Assembly: GCA_977030845.1 (NCBI GenBank)
Contig: OZ365112.1
Location: 20,026,001-20,090,000, forward strand
Direction: 5' to 3'
From: Fimbriosthenelais zetlandica
Lineage: Eukaryota
DNA: 64,000 nucleotides
In this document: positions 39,110 through 51,846 of the stretch, piece by piece
Layout of the letters: the number at the start of each line of letters is the position of its first letter
Position numbering within the stretch: position 1 is the stretch's first letter
Position numbers and translations under genes: made by a program
The notes under the pieces: generated by a model
What the model was told of the DNA's origin: nothing
The model's input: the letters and a program-made list of their open reading frames with translations, nothing else
Databases searched by the model: none

Positions 39110-39300
39110 CTGACGAGAAAATAACAAATTTTACGTCTATAGATTTAATGTTCAAAAATAGGTTTGTCGCATTTATTTTGTGATATTCCATTAAAATAAA
39201 GAGAAAAACGTGTTCAAGACTAAATGTTAATTGCAATTTAAAATAATTATTTTGTTTTAATCCGACAGTATCACGTGATCAAACACATTTCCAAGATGGC
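39110..39300. promoter_or_regulatory. Bidirectional promoter between NPLOC4 (-) and the uncharacterised gene (+)
   Basis: Head-to-head arrangement, palindromic E-box ATCACGTGAT near 39270 and a YY1-type CAAGATGGCGG at 39292 over the ATG. Confidence 0.55.
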
Positions 39301-42300
39301 GGACATTGCTGTAAACATTGCGAGGGCGCTGCTACATGATCAAGGTTTTTATAGATTTCATTTATCCTTTGGATGATTTGTAATCGTAAACAGTAAGAAA
39401 ATTCGAATGTCAATTGTAATATCTCAAATTATAATTCTTTCTCTTGATGTATTGCACTTTGTTGGCCAAAATAATGGCCGGTGTCATGCGGCTCGACTCA
39501 CGCCAGCCACGTGCATGAACCGGCAGGTGGCGGTAGTGCCTATGGTACTACTCTCTGGGTGCTGCCACCTGCCAGATTATGCCCCTGGCTTCACTCGAGT
39601 CATGTGTAGTTGAGCCCCAGGCCGCTAGGCTCCAGTCGTTCCTCCATATGGAGGTATGGAGGAACGACTTGAGCGCTACTGTGCGGAGTGTGGTAGGCTG
39701 TATAACCGGCTTGTAACCTAGTACATGTAGATATATAAAGCCTATAAAGGGGCACAGAACTGAGTAAATTATCAAAAATAATTGTCTCGTCTACATTTTC
39801 TACATGAATTTGCATTATAATATACTCTTGCCTATAGCTATGCATTCCATTTTCCAACATATTAAAATAAAGTTTACAGTTTGAGTCAAATTACCCCTAC
39901 TAGTAGTAGTACATCCAAGGTACCTACCACCCAAGCGAAAAGGCTAACTTTTTTTTGTCTCCAAGAGGTAAAACAAATTTTGTAGATTTTAGGAGCTCTT
40001 CAAGTACCAAGTAATCTGGTTTAGTCTCATCAGAAATTAAAGATAATAAAGATAAAAGTTTTCTTGTTCCTATATATCCATCTCATAATAAATACTCTAG
40101 ACTGTAGATTTATGCCGTGTTTTATTTAGTTAAATTTCCCATTTGTTACTTGCAGTGATATTGACCAGGCCGCCGAGTGGGAAAACTGATCGCAATAGAA
40201 TCATCAACAACTACACCCGTCAGTTAACATCAGTCGCTGCTAAGAACATTGGGTCAAGCTCTGCTAAAAAGAGCAAGCCTCCTCCACCTACCAGTAATAT
40301 GAAACTTTTCATTAAATTGGATGAATCTAGCCGCGGGTCTCGCACAGATTTTCCCAACAATACGAAAAATACTTTAAATCATAGGCCTACATCTAACAGT
40401 CCAAATGCTGTTCCCCATAGACGGACTCAAAGTGCCAGAGAAAGGCTGCCCCCTAGGAATTCAAGTGCACATAAAAAACGCCCTGTGCAAAGCGCGAAAG
40501 TGACATGGGGAAAAAATCAAACCAAACACAGTTCAAATATTTATAGTTCAAATATAAATTATGATCGGCCTGGCGCTAGATCCCACTCATTGGAGAACTG
40601 TGCTTTGAAGTATAAGAATAAATTTGGCTCAAAATGGGTGAGTGAACCTGACTTGTCAATGACTGGAAAACCCTTGAAGTCGTGTCTCAAGAACAGTTCA
40701 AAACTCAGTGTAAATGACCTCACTGATGAAGCATTGGGAGTTGTTATAGATGATGAGGATTCTGACAGTGAACATTCAGACTCAGACTCGGAGGAATCTG
40801 CTTTGTGAGTATAACTATATTTTCTTTGATTCATTTTTCGGGGACAAGAAATATTCAAGCTCTTTGCTGATTCTGAAGCCATGCCAGTGTTTTAAAATTA
40901 ATTTCTTTGTTTCAGGCCTCTGCCTAAATCATTGCGTCCTCTCGCCAGCTACTGGACGCCTGATATTCCTCCACAGTACCTGGGCATCGACCATCTACAT
41001 TGTTGGGTTTTTCTTCCCTCTATGGTCATGGATTACCGTGAATTGCCTGTAGTCCCGTCAAAAGTAACCGATCCTACAGAGGACCTTCCTTACCAAGAGA
41101 AAATAGTGGAAACTCGTAAATTGGTAAGTGTCCTAGCCAAAAACGTGTCCTTGTATTCAGTTCTAGTTTAGTTTCTAATAATAACTATGTGTTTATTATC
41201 TAACATCTTAAATTATCAGAGGCTGGCCGATGTATTATGTACCGTACACATGTATTATTTAGGCAAATGCAAGAAAAAGATGTTGAAATGTATTAAGCTC
41301 ATTGTTTATTGATACAGAAAAAGAGGGTACTCGATAGCAGGTCTTGTCATCACGCCAGTGACTCCAGTAAAACTTCTGTTCCTCCGCTTCAAGTCTATAA
41401 TCCTGATGGGCGGTTAATTCATGAGTAAGTATTAAAAAAGATATTCATAACACTCATAATGTTTGGACAACAGAATTAAGTATGCAGAAATGTATCGTTG
41501 AGATAATGCCTATAGTATTAATGGACACAGTATAACATATTTTATTTCTATTTTTACAGAACCTCAAGGCAAGTTCGGACATTAGGGGTGATAAGAAGAG
41601 AAATAGAAGAATTGGAGTTACTGATGAAGGGTATAGGAACAGCAGGAGGGTGCTCTATAGTTGTACAATATCAGTATGAAATCAATAAACTACAAGATAT
41701 GGTCAACAACACATTGGGCAGAGTGGAGGAAATAGAAAGGTGAGGAGTCAGAAAACTAACAGTGGAATCGAAAGTAAATTAATGTGATAGCATATAAATG
41801 GATCTGATATTTGATTGTGCATGCGTTTGTTATAAATTAAAAGTTTTGAAAATTAAATAGTTTTAAAAAATTCAAATTTTATTTTCAGGAGGGAACGTGA
41901 ACGACTAAACGCTTTAGAAGCAAAGCAACAAGATTATGTAAGTTACCTCTCCATTGTTTTATCCTAAGTTAAGTTCTATATTTCTGTTCAAATAGCCTTA
42001 AGCAGCCTCGTAAAATAGCATTAAGCCGTAAAATAGTCTTAAGTTTTCATTTTCAGTGAATTGTACTTTAGTTTACGATACCAAAATGTGTACAAATATA
42101 TCGCTTACCGAAACGTTTCGTGACGACAGTTTATATTTTACATTGTTCTAGTGCGGTTTGCGGAAGTTCTACAGAGAACATGATGATGTTGTACGTCAAA
42201 TACGATTGCAACATTCCAAATGCGTTCGGGAATTAGCGTTGCTGGAGCGAGACCTCAAAATAGACTCTTCGCGAGCGCACTTCAGGAAAGTGGAGACCGA

Positions 42301-42304
42301 ATGA
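39296..42304 (+). CDS. Uncharacterised 464-aa protein (basic low-complexity N-half, acidic Ser tract, C-terminal coiled coil)
   Basis: join(39296..39344, 40156..40804, 40916..41123, 41318..41424, 41560..41739, 41889..41937, 42152..42304) = 1395 nt, all six GT-AG introns phase-consistent, no internal stop. The exon 1 donor (AAG|GTTTTT) is weak, so the start is less certain. No family recognised. Confidence 0.8.
39476..39728 (+). ncRNA. Candidate structured non-coding RNA of unknown class (intronic)
   Basis: About 59% GC island in an AT-rich intron, with five consecutive hairpins and complementary ends. G-U pairs favour the + strand. No match to RNA families I remember. Confidence 0.4.
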
Positions 42305-44269
42305 GTGATTTTTGTACACATCTATGAACTCTCCCAAAAATACCTGAAGTCTGAAGCCTACAACAAAGCTATATAACGCTATACTACTATGAGTTATTTT
42401 GCTCCAAATGTACATGTCATATACTACTTACTAATGTGCATCCTGGTGTGTGTTTAATTACTGGTACAACAGAAGCAGACTCACTTGAATCTCTTGCTTG
42501 AAGATTAACAAACAATGTTTTACAAAGTGTTTGCCCAATTCTAGCTCAATCTATACCTTTTACTGATTTTATAATCTGGCGAATTGACTTTTTTCCGCAT
42601 TAAAATATAAAAACGACTAATCGCTCCGATGTTCCTATAGTAGCCACTTGGCTGATTCAAACATAGTCATTAGCATTTATAGCAAACTTTCCTGCCCTCT
42701 TGTGGAGAGAAACAAAACCGTTGAAATTTACATTGCGTATCTCCTTGTATAGACAATAACAAACGCTAGAAACTCTAAGTTACCCATCCTATCTCTCATG
42801 ACATCCCACCGAATCGTCCCCAATCCCTGATCCTGTCTCAATTATATGTACGGTTCAACTGCAAGAAGAGATGTGGATGAGAAAACCGGTGACAGCTGGT
42901 ACATGTAGGCCTACTGATGGCAGGCATTCAGGCAGAGATGCAGCTTCTGCACCTGAGAACAGCTGTGATTCACCACCTGCTTGTAGGCAGACATCTGAGA
43001 GCTGAGGGCATCTGCTTAAGGCATTACATCATTGTTTAGGACCCTCCATCATATTTATGGTACCACCAATCAAGGGATGTCATAATAAGATGGAATTGAG
43101 TGATTTCTGTCTTCTTATTCCCATGCTTTATATATATTCCATGATTTATGAATGCAATGCCTACCAATGACTTGTAGAACAGCAAGACTATACCCAATTT
43201 GAAACAAGAGTCAGGGCTGTCTTTCCCTGAAAGAGTCCATTTTGCCTGTAGCTCTGCCAGCACACCTGCCTTATTTGCAGTTGGTTACACAGTCTATGGA
43301 AAGCCGGGCCAAAGCAACAGTTCTTGGTCAGATTACCCAGTTTACAGACAAAATCTGTTTGAACGTTATTTTGTTCTTTCATTGCCACTAAATGAATGGA
43401 TTGTATCCTTATTGTATCGTTCTGAAACAATTCTTTATTATGAGCTGAAGTAGCAACTGCTCATCCTGACTACTGTTTGTCTGGTTAAAGACGGGCTCCA
43501 TGTGAGGGGACAGTCCATGTCAAAGAGGCATATCAGGCATCTTAAACCATATGCATATTTACTCCCCACAAAGGCACGTTTTATTTAAGAATTAAGATTT
43601 TATTTAAGCCCATAGTAAATGGTTGATTCATTTGAATGAAACGCCTACAAGAAAAGCGCATCTAAGGGTGTTCGTGTCTTAAAAGCGAACCTTTTTTAGG
43701 TTCAACTTCAATTTTTGCTTTGAATTAATTGCAAAAGCAAAGATCCACTCCAGATGTGAGTGGCCATTCTGGGAAAGCTCTGCTGACGATGCTGCTGCTG
43801 TTGCTGCAGCTGCTAAAGTGGTGGATGTGGTGGCAGGTGTGGTTGGTGGTGGTGGAGGGGACCCATCAACATAAACATTGTAGGAGCTTTCCACAAGGTG
43901 CTCACCACAACCCACCACGACCAACCAACTCGCCAGTTCATCATTCCATATTTACAAGCCTGCTTGAAGACAAAACCAGAAGATTTAACAAATCGATCTC
44001 GGCATTCATACTGGATTGAAGACAAGCTGTTTTCTACTCGAAAAAGAGGGATTTGTCAACTCCCCTTCATCAGTGCCATTTATTTTCCAAGAGACATTAA
44101 TTCCTCACGCCTTTATTTCGCTGCCGTTGATCGAGCAATGGAGTTGTAGGCCACATATGGTTGTGGGATACTTGACCATCCTTGCTGGCACTCCAGCCAA
44201 CTTCATTGACAAGGCAAGACACCCAGCCATCTGGTGATTTTCCACTGTGACTTCGAGGAAGATCCAGCC

Positions 44270-47200
44270 ATGTTCGATAAGATAATTGATCCAGATTCAA
44301 AGGTAAGTTTTCCAGTCTATGTCAAACTTATTTTCTATATTTTAATCTTGACAGATCTATATATTAATTATATTGTCAACTAGAGTTATCAACATTAGGC
44401 TATGCATTGTCACCTTTATTGTTTCATGGGATATGCAATTGCAATATGAAGAATATAATTATGACATTTGATTTCCATTGTCTCCCCATTTAGAGTTCGT
44501 AAATATTCATAATTCTGTGATCTTAGCTATATTTTAGTGGATATGCTATCTTGCCCAAGATGTTAGGTCTGCCAATGCGGTATTGAACCCACTAAGGTTA
44601 TAACAATGACCAATTTTCCAGGGACTCTGCCAATTGTCACACGAACTCATGTTCCAAATTGGCCGTAATGTGATTGGCGTGTCGTCCCCAGGGAAACAAG
44701 ATGACACAATAGACTACCCTGTGTGCTCTGTGCTCTAAATGTTGGAGGATGAAGTGCTGTTTGTTACTTGAAGGGTGATCATTCTATTGTAGGTCTATTA
44801 TAATTGTTAGGGTCTACTGTCTAGAGCATACCATCTTGGGTCTATTTACCACTAAGTTGATTGCTTTCAGACTTCCACACTCGTTCATTTATTTTTCATC
44901 GCCCTCATTAGCACCGCATTAGCCTTTTTACTACAAACCTTTTTCATTCCACCTCCTCCACCTCCTTCTTTTCCATTCGCATCCCTCTTCCTCTGCACTT
45001 CCCTTTCCTACATTCCCTCCACCCTTTCCCTTCTCCCTCCCTCGTTTGCTCGCCTCTTATTTCTCTACTCTTGTGCCTGGATTTACACCCGCCTCGCCTT
45101 ATTAGCTGGTCGAGCAGAGCAAGGAGAATATTGCCTTTGTTTAAAAGAGTAATTAGAACCATGAGCCATGAAAGTCCGAGTGAGCCGGAAATTAGGAGCG
45201 ACATGTAAAAAGGCACTTGCAAGTTTTTAAAAAGACTTTTTCCTCTTGAAACGCTGCTAGATCATTCTGCATGAGTCCTCGCCTCGCCTTGACTTGTCTT
45301 TTTTATGGTCAGGCCTCATTAGGATAATGAAGAACAATTGCGAGGTCCTCAAATTACAATGTCCGCTTTAACTTGAGGTTTATACATGACATTTATCTGT
45401 CTTTTATATTTAATCACCATTAAATCTCTTGGTTAAACATTGGTAATTCTTGATGCGCAGTAGGCCTAAGACCTTACAGCACTAGTCTATGGTCATCCAA
45501 TGGGTATTTATGAAAAGTGTTTCACACTTGATTAATTTTCTGAAAGAAATAAGTATGCTTTTCAATAAGGTACTTAAATTAATGCTGTGTAAGCAGTATG
45601 ATCGAAAACCTGAATCAGGCGCTACTCCATTTAATTGAATAACGCAGTTGCCTTTTATATTGGTACAGAATTATATCTTACTTAATGAAGTTGTGACAGA
45701 ACAGGATTAGGCATTGCGGTTTGCCATCTGCCGCAACAACTCAAAGAGGAAAGGTTAACTCCCCATTATAACATGTGCCTGATCCACATTTTGAAAACGA
45801 CAGAAAACAAACATGAAAATGGCCTTTAATTTCAAGAGTCCTTTGTAGGAGGTCTGAATCTAGTGTGGTTAATAATTATTATTATTTTCTCTTTAAATTC
45901 AACCACATATATTCATTAAAACATCGGAATGGCATTTATTCAAGTGAACATGAAGTCATTTTGGTGAAAAAGAAATAAATATCCAGAGCTAAATAATGCA
46001 ACAATATGAAATCCTCCCAATATTGCGTAGTGCATGTGGGCAGAAGAATGCAGCTATAAAGAGGATCCAGGTCGAGCCCCACACCATCCAATCATGTATA
46101 ATGACACAGTGTCACGGAAGCCTCAGCCATGATGAATCAGTCCATATTAAGGCCAATGTCCCTGTCACTGAATCTTCTTCTCAGTCCTGTATGATGAACT
46201 TCATATATAATAATATTCATATGGCACGGTGTCCTCTGAATCATTGAATATAATGCTGACCCCCGAACCATGGAATCGAAGCAGGCATCCTACTAATCCT
46301 GCATCAATTTATTACGAACAAATCCTTATTACCAACAAATCCTTCCTATGGCAACTGACCTTTTTCCGGGTTCAAATGCCGGACATAAAGGCTTTGCAAG
46401 AGGCTCAAAGGATAGAGGAGAATCCCCTCCTTAACTAATCTCGATACGTAATGTTGAATGAGTTATAACTCTGGCAACAGTATCAAAAGCATTATTAAGT
46501 CCCGCCCCACCCTTGGCCATTAGCTGATGTTTGCACAATACCTCGGGATCATCTCATGCATAATATGTCGACACTTGGAGTCACTCACTCACCACTCCTT
46601 TATCTCAACTCTTATCCTCTCCATTGCCTCTTATCACTATTGCCATGACTGACACTCTAAACACTCGCCAGCATTGTCAATAAAGTAGGATGGCTTTTGC
46701 TAAGTAGGGTTTCCATTTATTTTGTCCAAAGCAGCTATGTATACTCAATGATGACTAGACGAAAAGAATCAGAGGGTGCAGCAAAATTGCTTATCATAAA
46801 TTATATAGTTTTGCCTAGAGCTATTTTATTACTGATTTTTAAACCAGTTGGACCAGAAGTTGGTATGGTAGAATTAGTTTGTAGAAAAAATAGTAATCTT
46901 TAATCCGATTAATATTCTTTGATAGATGGTTTAGGTACAACATTCCAGCCCAGACTTGACTGTGCCTGAGATAGCTGTATGGGGGGTGGGGAGAAGTCCG
47001 ACTATAGGATATAAAAGATTCACTGCCTACCTATTTCACATGCAGAACAGGAGCACACAGGGCCTAATTAATTGTGAGATTAAAACAAAACAGAATGTTA
47101 GCATTACCACTAAGGTTGCCTGAAGCTGACTAAATAAGATCTAATATATCTATAGTCCTGAGCTAGAATATCAGATGTATACGCCTTTACGGAGAAAACT

Positions 47201-49714
47201 ATATTCCCTGAAAGGGATTTTGAAATGCACAGCAGGAGGGTGGTGATTTTAACAGGACTAAGCATTTACAAGATGAAAAACCTTTTGACTAAACTGCTTA
47301 CAATTTGTGAATCAGCTGCCCCAGCTGAAAAAAATCAAACCTTTGCTTAAATCAAAATGTCCTCCTCGTCTGTCAAAAAAATCAGGACATTTTTTTCTTT
47401 ACATCTTTAGACAAGATCCATATTATCACAATATGTATGGAAAACAAATTACTGAACATTTCTAGGCTGCTACAGTTTGTCAGGAAAAGGTTAATGTGTG
47501 ATGGATCCAGAGGCTGCGTGGGCGTGCAAGACTCGCCAAGCGCATTGTGCTATGCATGCTAATGTACTATGGGAGGCCGGATCTATATAGCTCTATTGAG
47601 TGTCCGAATAACTATTGTTGAAATGAAAATCAAAGAATGCCATTACAATTGGATTCATGTATTTTTAGGTCTCTGGCATATAACACAATTTTGGGGAAAT
47701 GGAATGGGGAAAATCTGGCCGGTTTTATTCTGTTTTATAGCATGAAGGGTCATGGATAAGTCTTTGTCCGTGTAATGGGGCCATCCTCCCCGACGGAAAA
47801 TATGTTATATGATATCCATTACAGGTGTGTACAGGTGAACCTAGGCCTATATATTAAACCCCATGGTCATGTATATAATATAAAGTGGACGTAGTTCACC
47901 CAAAATGAATTCAGATTTCACATTAAGAGGTTTTCTTTTCTCTTTATTGTAGGCATTCTCATTTGCCAATAAAGTCTACGAATTCGTATGTTGTCAGAAA
48001 GGATGTCAGGACCTATGTGATTGTTGCTTGCCACCTAAAAAACCAAAGTTAAAGAAAACAGACATCAAACATCTTGTACATCAACCAGCCTCCTACATTG
48101 GCGATAATTTCCCGAGCCCCACGTTCTCAGGAGCTGAAACATGCAGTTCGTTCAGTGGAAGGGAACGTCTTGATTCAGATAGGAGTTCCACTGCTTCTAC
48201 GACATCTAGAAAGGAATCCTTCTCTTCAGGGGCTGACTTCCGGAAGTCTACTGCAACACCTATTATTGACATGAAGCCAATTGAATTCTGGGCAGCCACC
48301 AACCGCGAGACTGTACAGCCGCGGACACCAAAAAGAATCCGTCTTCAAAGTGAAACAGAACTGAGCTTAGACAATTTTAATATGGATCTTTATGAAGTTG
48401 AAGAGAAGTCCGATGAATCTTTAACGGATGAGGAAAAGTTGACACGGTATAAACTGGGACAAGTCCACTTCAGTTTACAGTATGAAATCCCCACCAAATG
48501 TCTCATTGTTCGCATTATCGAAGCCCGTGATTTGCCCAGACCTCTCGCCCAAGATTCACACAAGCAAGATATGGCACACTCAAATCCTTATGCCAAAATA
48601 AATCTTCTGCCTGATCAGAAAAATTCCAAGCAAACCACCGTTCAGAGAAAAACACAGAATCCCAATTGGTCGGAGATCTTCAGGTTTGAGATGCCATTCA
48701 AAGAGGTGCAGAAGCGGACACTGGAGGTAGAAGTGAAGGATTTTGATAAATACTCCCGTCATTGTGTCATCGGACATACTCAACTGAGGTTAGATAACAT
48801 CAATCTCATCAAGGGTGGTCACATGTGGAAACCCCTCATGCCAAGTACCAAGGTTGGTTCATACATCATTTTATTCCTCTACTTATTTCATGTGAATCTT
48901 ACCTCACAGAATTTTTGGGTCACGTAGTTGCGCACAAAGGGTCCACGTTTAGAAACCTGATGGTTTTCATATTGATTGATTATTTCTGGGATTAATAGGC
49001 ATGCCTTTATTATCTTTGTATTACAGGAGAAGCCTGAGCTGGGGGAACTAATGTTATCTTTGAATTACTTGCCCACTGCCGGCCGGATCAACATCGATAT
49101 CATCAAGGCCAAGCAGCTTATCCAGACTGATCTGGTGGGAGGATCTGGTAAGGAAAACTCTACAACATTCAATGTATGGTAACCAAAATTAATTACCACC
49201 CAGTTCTAAGGACAATAGTTTATGCATACATGTACTAGGCCTACTATTTAGTCGAGATGTATGTATTTTCGGACATCGTTGCTGAAATTATTCATTTTCT
49301 CTTGGAACAATTATTGAGGACAGGACTTGTAATAAAATTCATTTATTTCTATTGCTTGCAGATCCATTTGTCAAGGTAACAATGTGTCTTGACCAAAAAC
49401 AGATAAAGACAAAGAAAACGTCAGTCAAGAAGAACACCATTGACCCTGTCTTCAATGAATCGATGACATTTAATCTGAATGGGGAGCAATTGTCTCAGAC
49501 TTCCCTGGTTGTAACTGTTTGGGACTATAACTCAAAGAGTAGGGATGATTTTGTTGGTAGAATCGTGCTGGGCAAATACTCTACTGGTCATTTGGAAACC
49601 TCCCATTGGAACAGGATGTTGCAAAGTCAGCGTACGCCAGTGGCGCAGTGGCACACATTGCGTCTGCGCAAAGAATGTGACGAGTTGTCCTCAGTGTCAC
49701 CAGTTGTTTCGTGA
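44270..49714 (+). CDS. SYT17: Synaptotagmin-17 (B/K)-like tandem C2 protein
   Basis: join(44270..44302, 47953..48852, 49027..49147, 49362..49714), in phase. N-terminal Cys cluster (VCCQKGCQDLCDCC), no transmembrane helix, and PIIDMKPIEF, SLTDEE, QDMAHSNPY, LLPDQKNSKQT, DFDKYSRHCVIG, KGGHMWK and ELMLSLNYLPTAGR as in SYT17. The first exon is inferred from phase and Kozak context. Confidence 0.9.
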
Positions 49715-51587
49715 AAGGGAAAATAAGACTTGCCTATGGCAGTGTTGGATGTTGCTAAGAATCAGTTGATAAGAAACTGGTTTTTCTTGAGGTTGCTCTG
49801 AAGCAGAAAAAGTCAAAAGCTGAATATAGCCTAGAGCTGATGGAGAACGTAGGACTGTAGGACTGAAATTGCAGTACCGGTATTATGCTGTATTTGGCAA
49901 ATGCGTCAGAAACAGGGTCAGAACAGAGTATATTTTCTTATTAGTATTTTATTTATGTAGGCCTAGCATTTATGGTATACCTTAGTAGAGTTTGCCTTTA
50001 TCTGGCAGAAGGATATTCCAGGAGGATATTACTTTGCCCTTTGTCGACCCATGCACTTTGTGTAGCCTAAGCCATATCAATGAACTAATTAACAATTTCC
50101 CTATTATTATGACTAAGTCAATATTATCGGGTATCTGGAAATAAGTATTTATCAATGTTATTTTTAGGGATATAAAATGGGACATCAAATTCAGTGTATG
50201 TAGTGTATATAGCCTCTCTAGTCTCCAAGCAATTATTGAGATGTTCTTGTAGATGGTGAATGACATTATACTTGAACCTGCCATTTTCTCCATCTGTGCT
50301 TAGCTCTGTTTTTACTCTCAGCAGAATGGCCTCATTATTTCCTTGCCCAGGTACAACTTTGCCTTATATTGCCATATTGTGATTCCTCCCACCAGGATTG
50401 TGCATTTTACCTACCGCTATATATGTCAGGGGAATTCATAACATTCAATTTAATTAATGTCAACTCCACCTGTCTACTCTACTTCAAGTCGATTTCCGTT
50501 TTTTCATTTAGCAAGAATTTTTGATGTTACAACTTTTAGAAATCCCTCTAGTTTCGAAGTCTGCGAAGCTCCTAGTCATCAGGGTACTATAAAAGCTGAG
50601 GACCACACATATAATATAATAAGTGTGTATTTGACTAGGGCTACTATTCCATCTAGGATCTTTAGGAATACTGTGAGTAATTGGACCCTAGACCTAAAAG
50701 TAGCGATCTATAATGATCTTTATTAGGACATGTGGGAAATTAGCCAGTTGATGTGTTGCCCTGAGGGATGGATATACCCGTTACCTTTTTGAAGATCCAT
50801 TATGGATGTCCGGCATCAATTCATCAATTCCTGTGAAATAAACATATGGAAAGGTGCAGATAATCCTGTAGAATTGTCGTAACCTGTATATCTTGATGTG
50901 ATATCGGATATGCTATAGGCCCCCTAATTCATCGACATGGATATTGTGCTCAAAACTAGATGGATTTCCTCCCATAATATTTACCCGTATGTTACAACAG
51001 CTTTACCATAAATAAAATGTGAACTTTGCCTGTGAAACTGACAAACAACTTGATAGATAATTTTTAAAAAAACACTTCGCAAATGTACAAACTGTCCCTC
51101 CCCTAGCTGTCGAGATATGTGTTATATAATACTCTACTTCTTCATTCTGCGTGATTTAGGCAGGCCTCTGCGTTGTCCTACTACCTTTTCAGACCTCATG
51201 CAACAAAGTCTACGGTTTTAATCCTACTAAAATATCCGAAAATGTTGTCAGTCTGTAAAAGCCTGTTTGACTTATACGTAAGTTATAGGCCTGTTTAGTC
51301 ATAGTGGTCTACACATTATTGCAAATGGCTTTAAAGAGACTAACTCTGACTGGTGGGTCTCATAATGTGGAATTGTCTATCTATAAATCTTGGTGCTTCG
51401 TAGGTTAGTTTGTCGTCACAAATCAATTAATTGTGGTATCATTGTATGAAACGTGAGCTCTATAGGCATTCTGGGACAAGGAAGCCTTTTACGTTTTGAG
51501 GTGTTTTTGAATATCTTATTAGGACTATGTGTGGCTTAGAGGAGAGATGTGTCCATATAAATAACGTGCTGGATAGGGAGTGGAAAT

Positions 51588-51846
51588 AGGGGGCAACTAT
51601 TAGAATACCAGGTGGGAGCGCTGGAGTTTGTGTCCGGCCAATTTTATTAGTAGAAAATATTATTTATTTCATGGCAAGAAGGGCTCGAAATATTTCTTTC
51701 TTGCCAGGCATTTTATTTATTCCACCCTCCTATTAGGATAAAACTACATTTATTTACACCGTCCCTTGCGTCAATTTATTTATTTCATCCATATTCCCCA
51801 CTCCAGTCCCCCCCACGCCCACCTGGTATTCTAATGGTCACTCTCA
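51588..51846. mobile_element. Small non-autonomous TIR element (MITE)
   Basis: ATTAGAATACCAGGTGGG at 51599 is perfectly inverted to CCCACCTGGTATTCTAAT ending near 51835, with degenerate outer extension and AT-rich interior. Confidence 0.6.

Noticed and set aside
39712-39720. TAACCTA as a telomerase template
   Set aside because: Too short, lies at the 3' end of the structured region, and there is no template/pseudoknot arrangement.
43679-43924. Pro/Thr/Ala-rich minus-strand ORF
   Set aside because: Product of a GCT/GGT triplet-rich tract; no splice or homology support.
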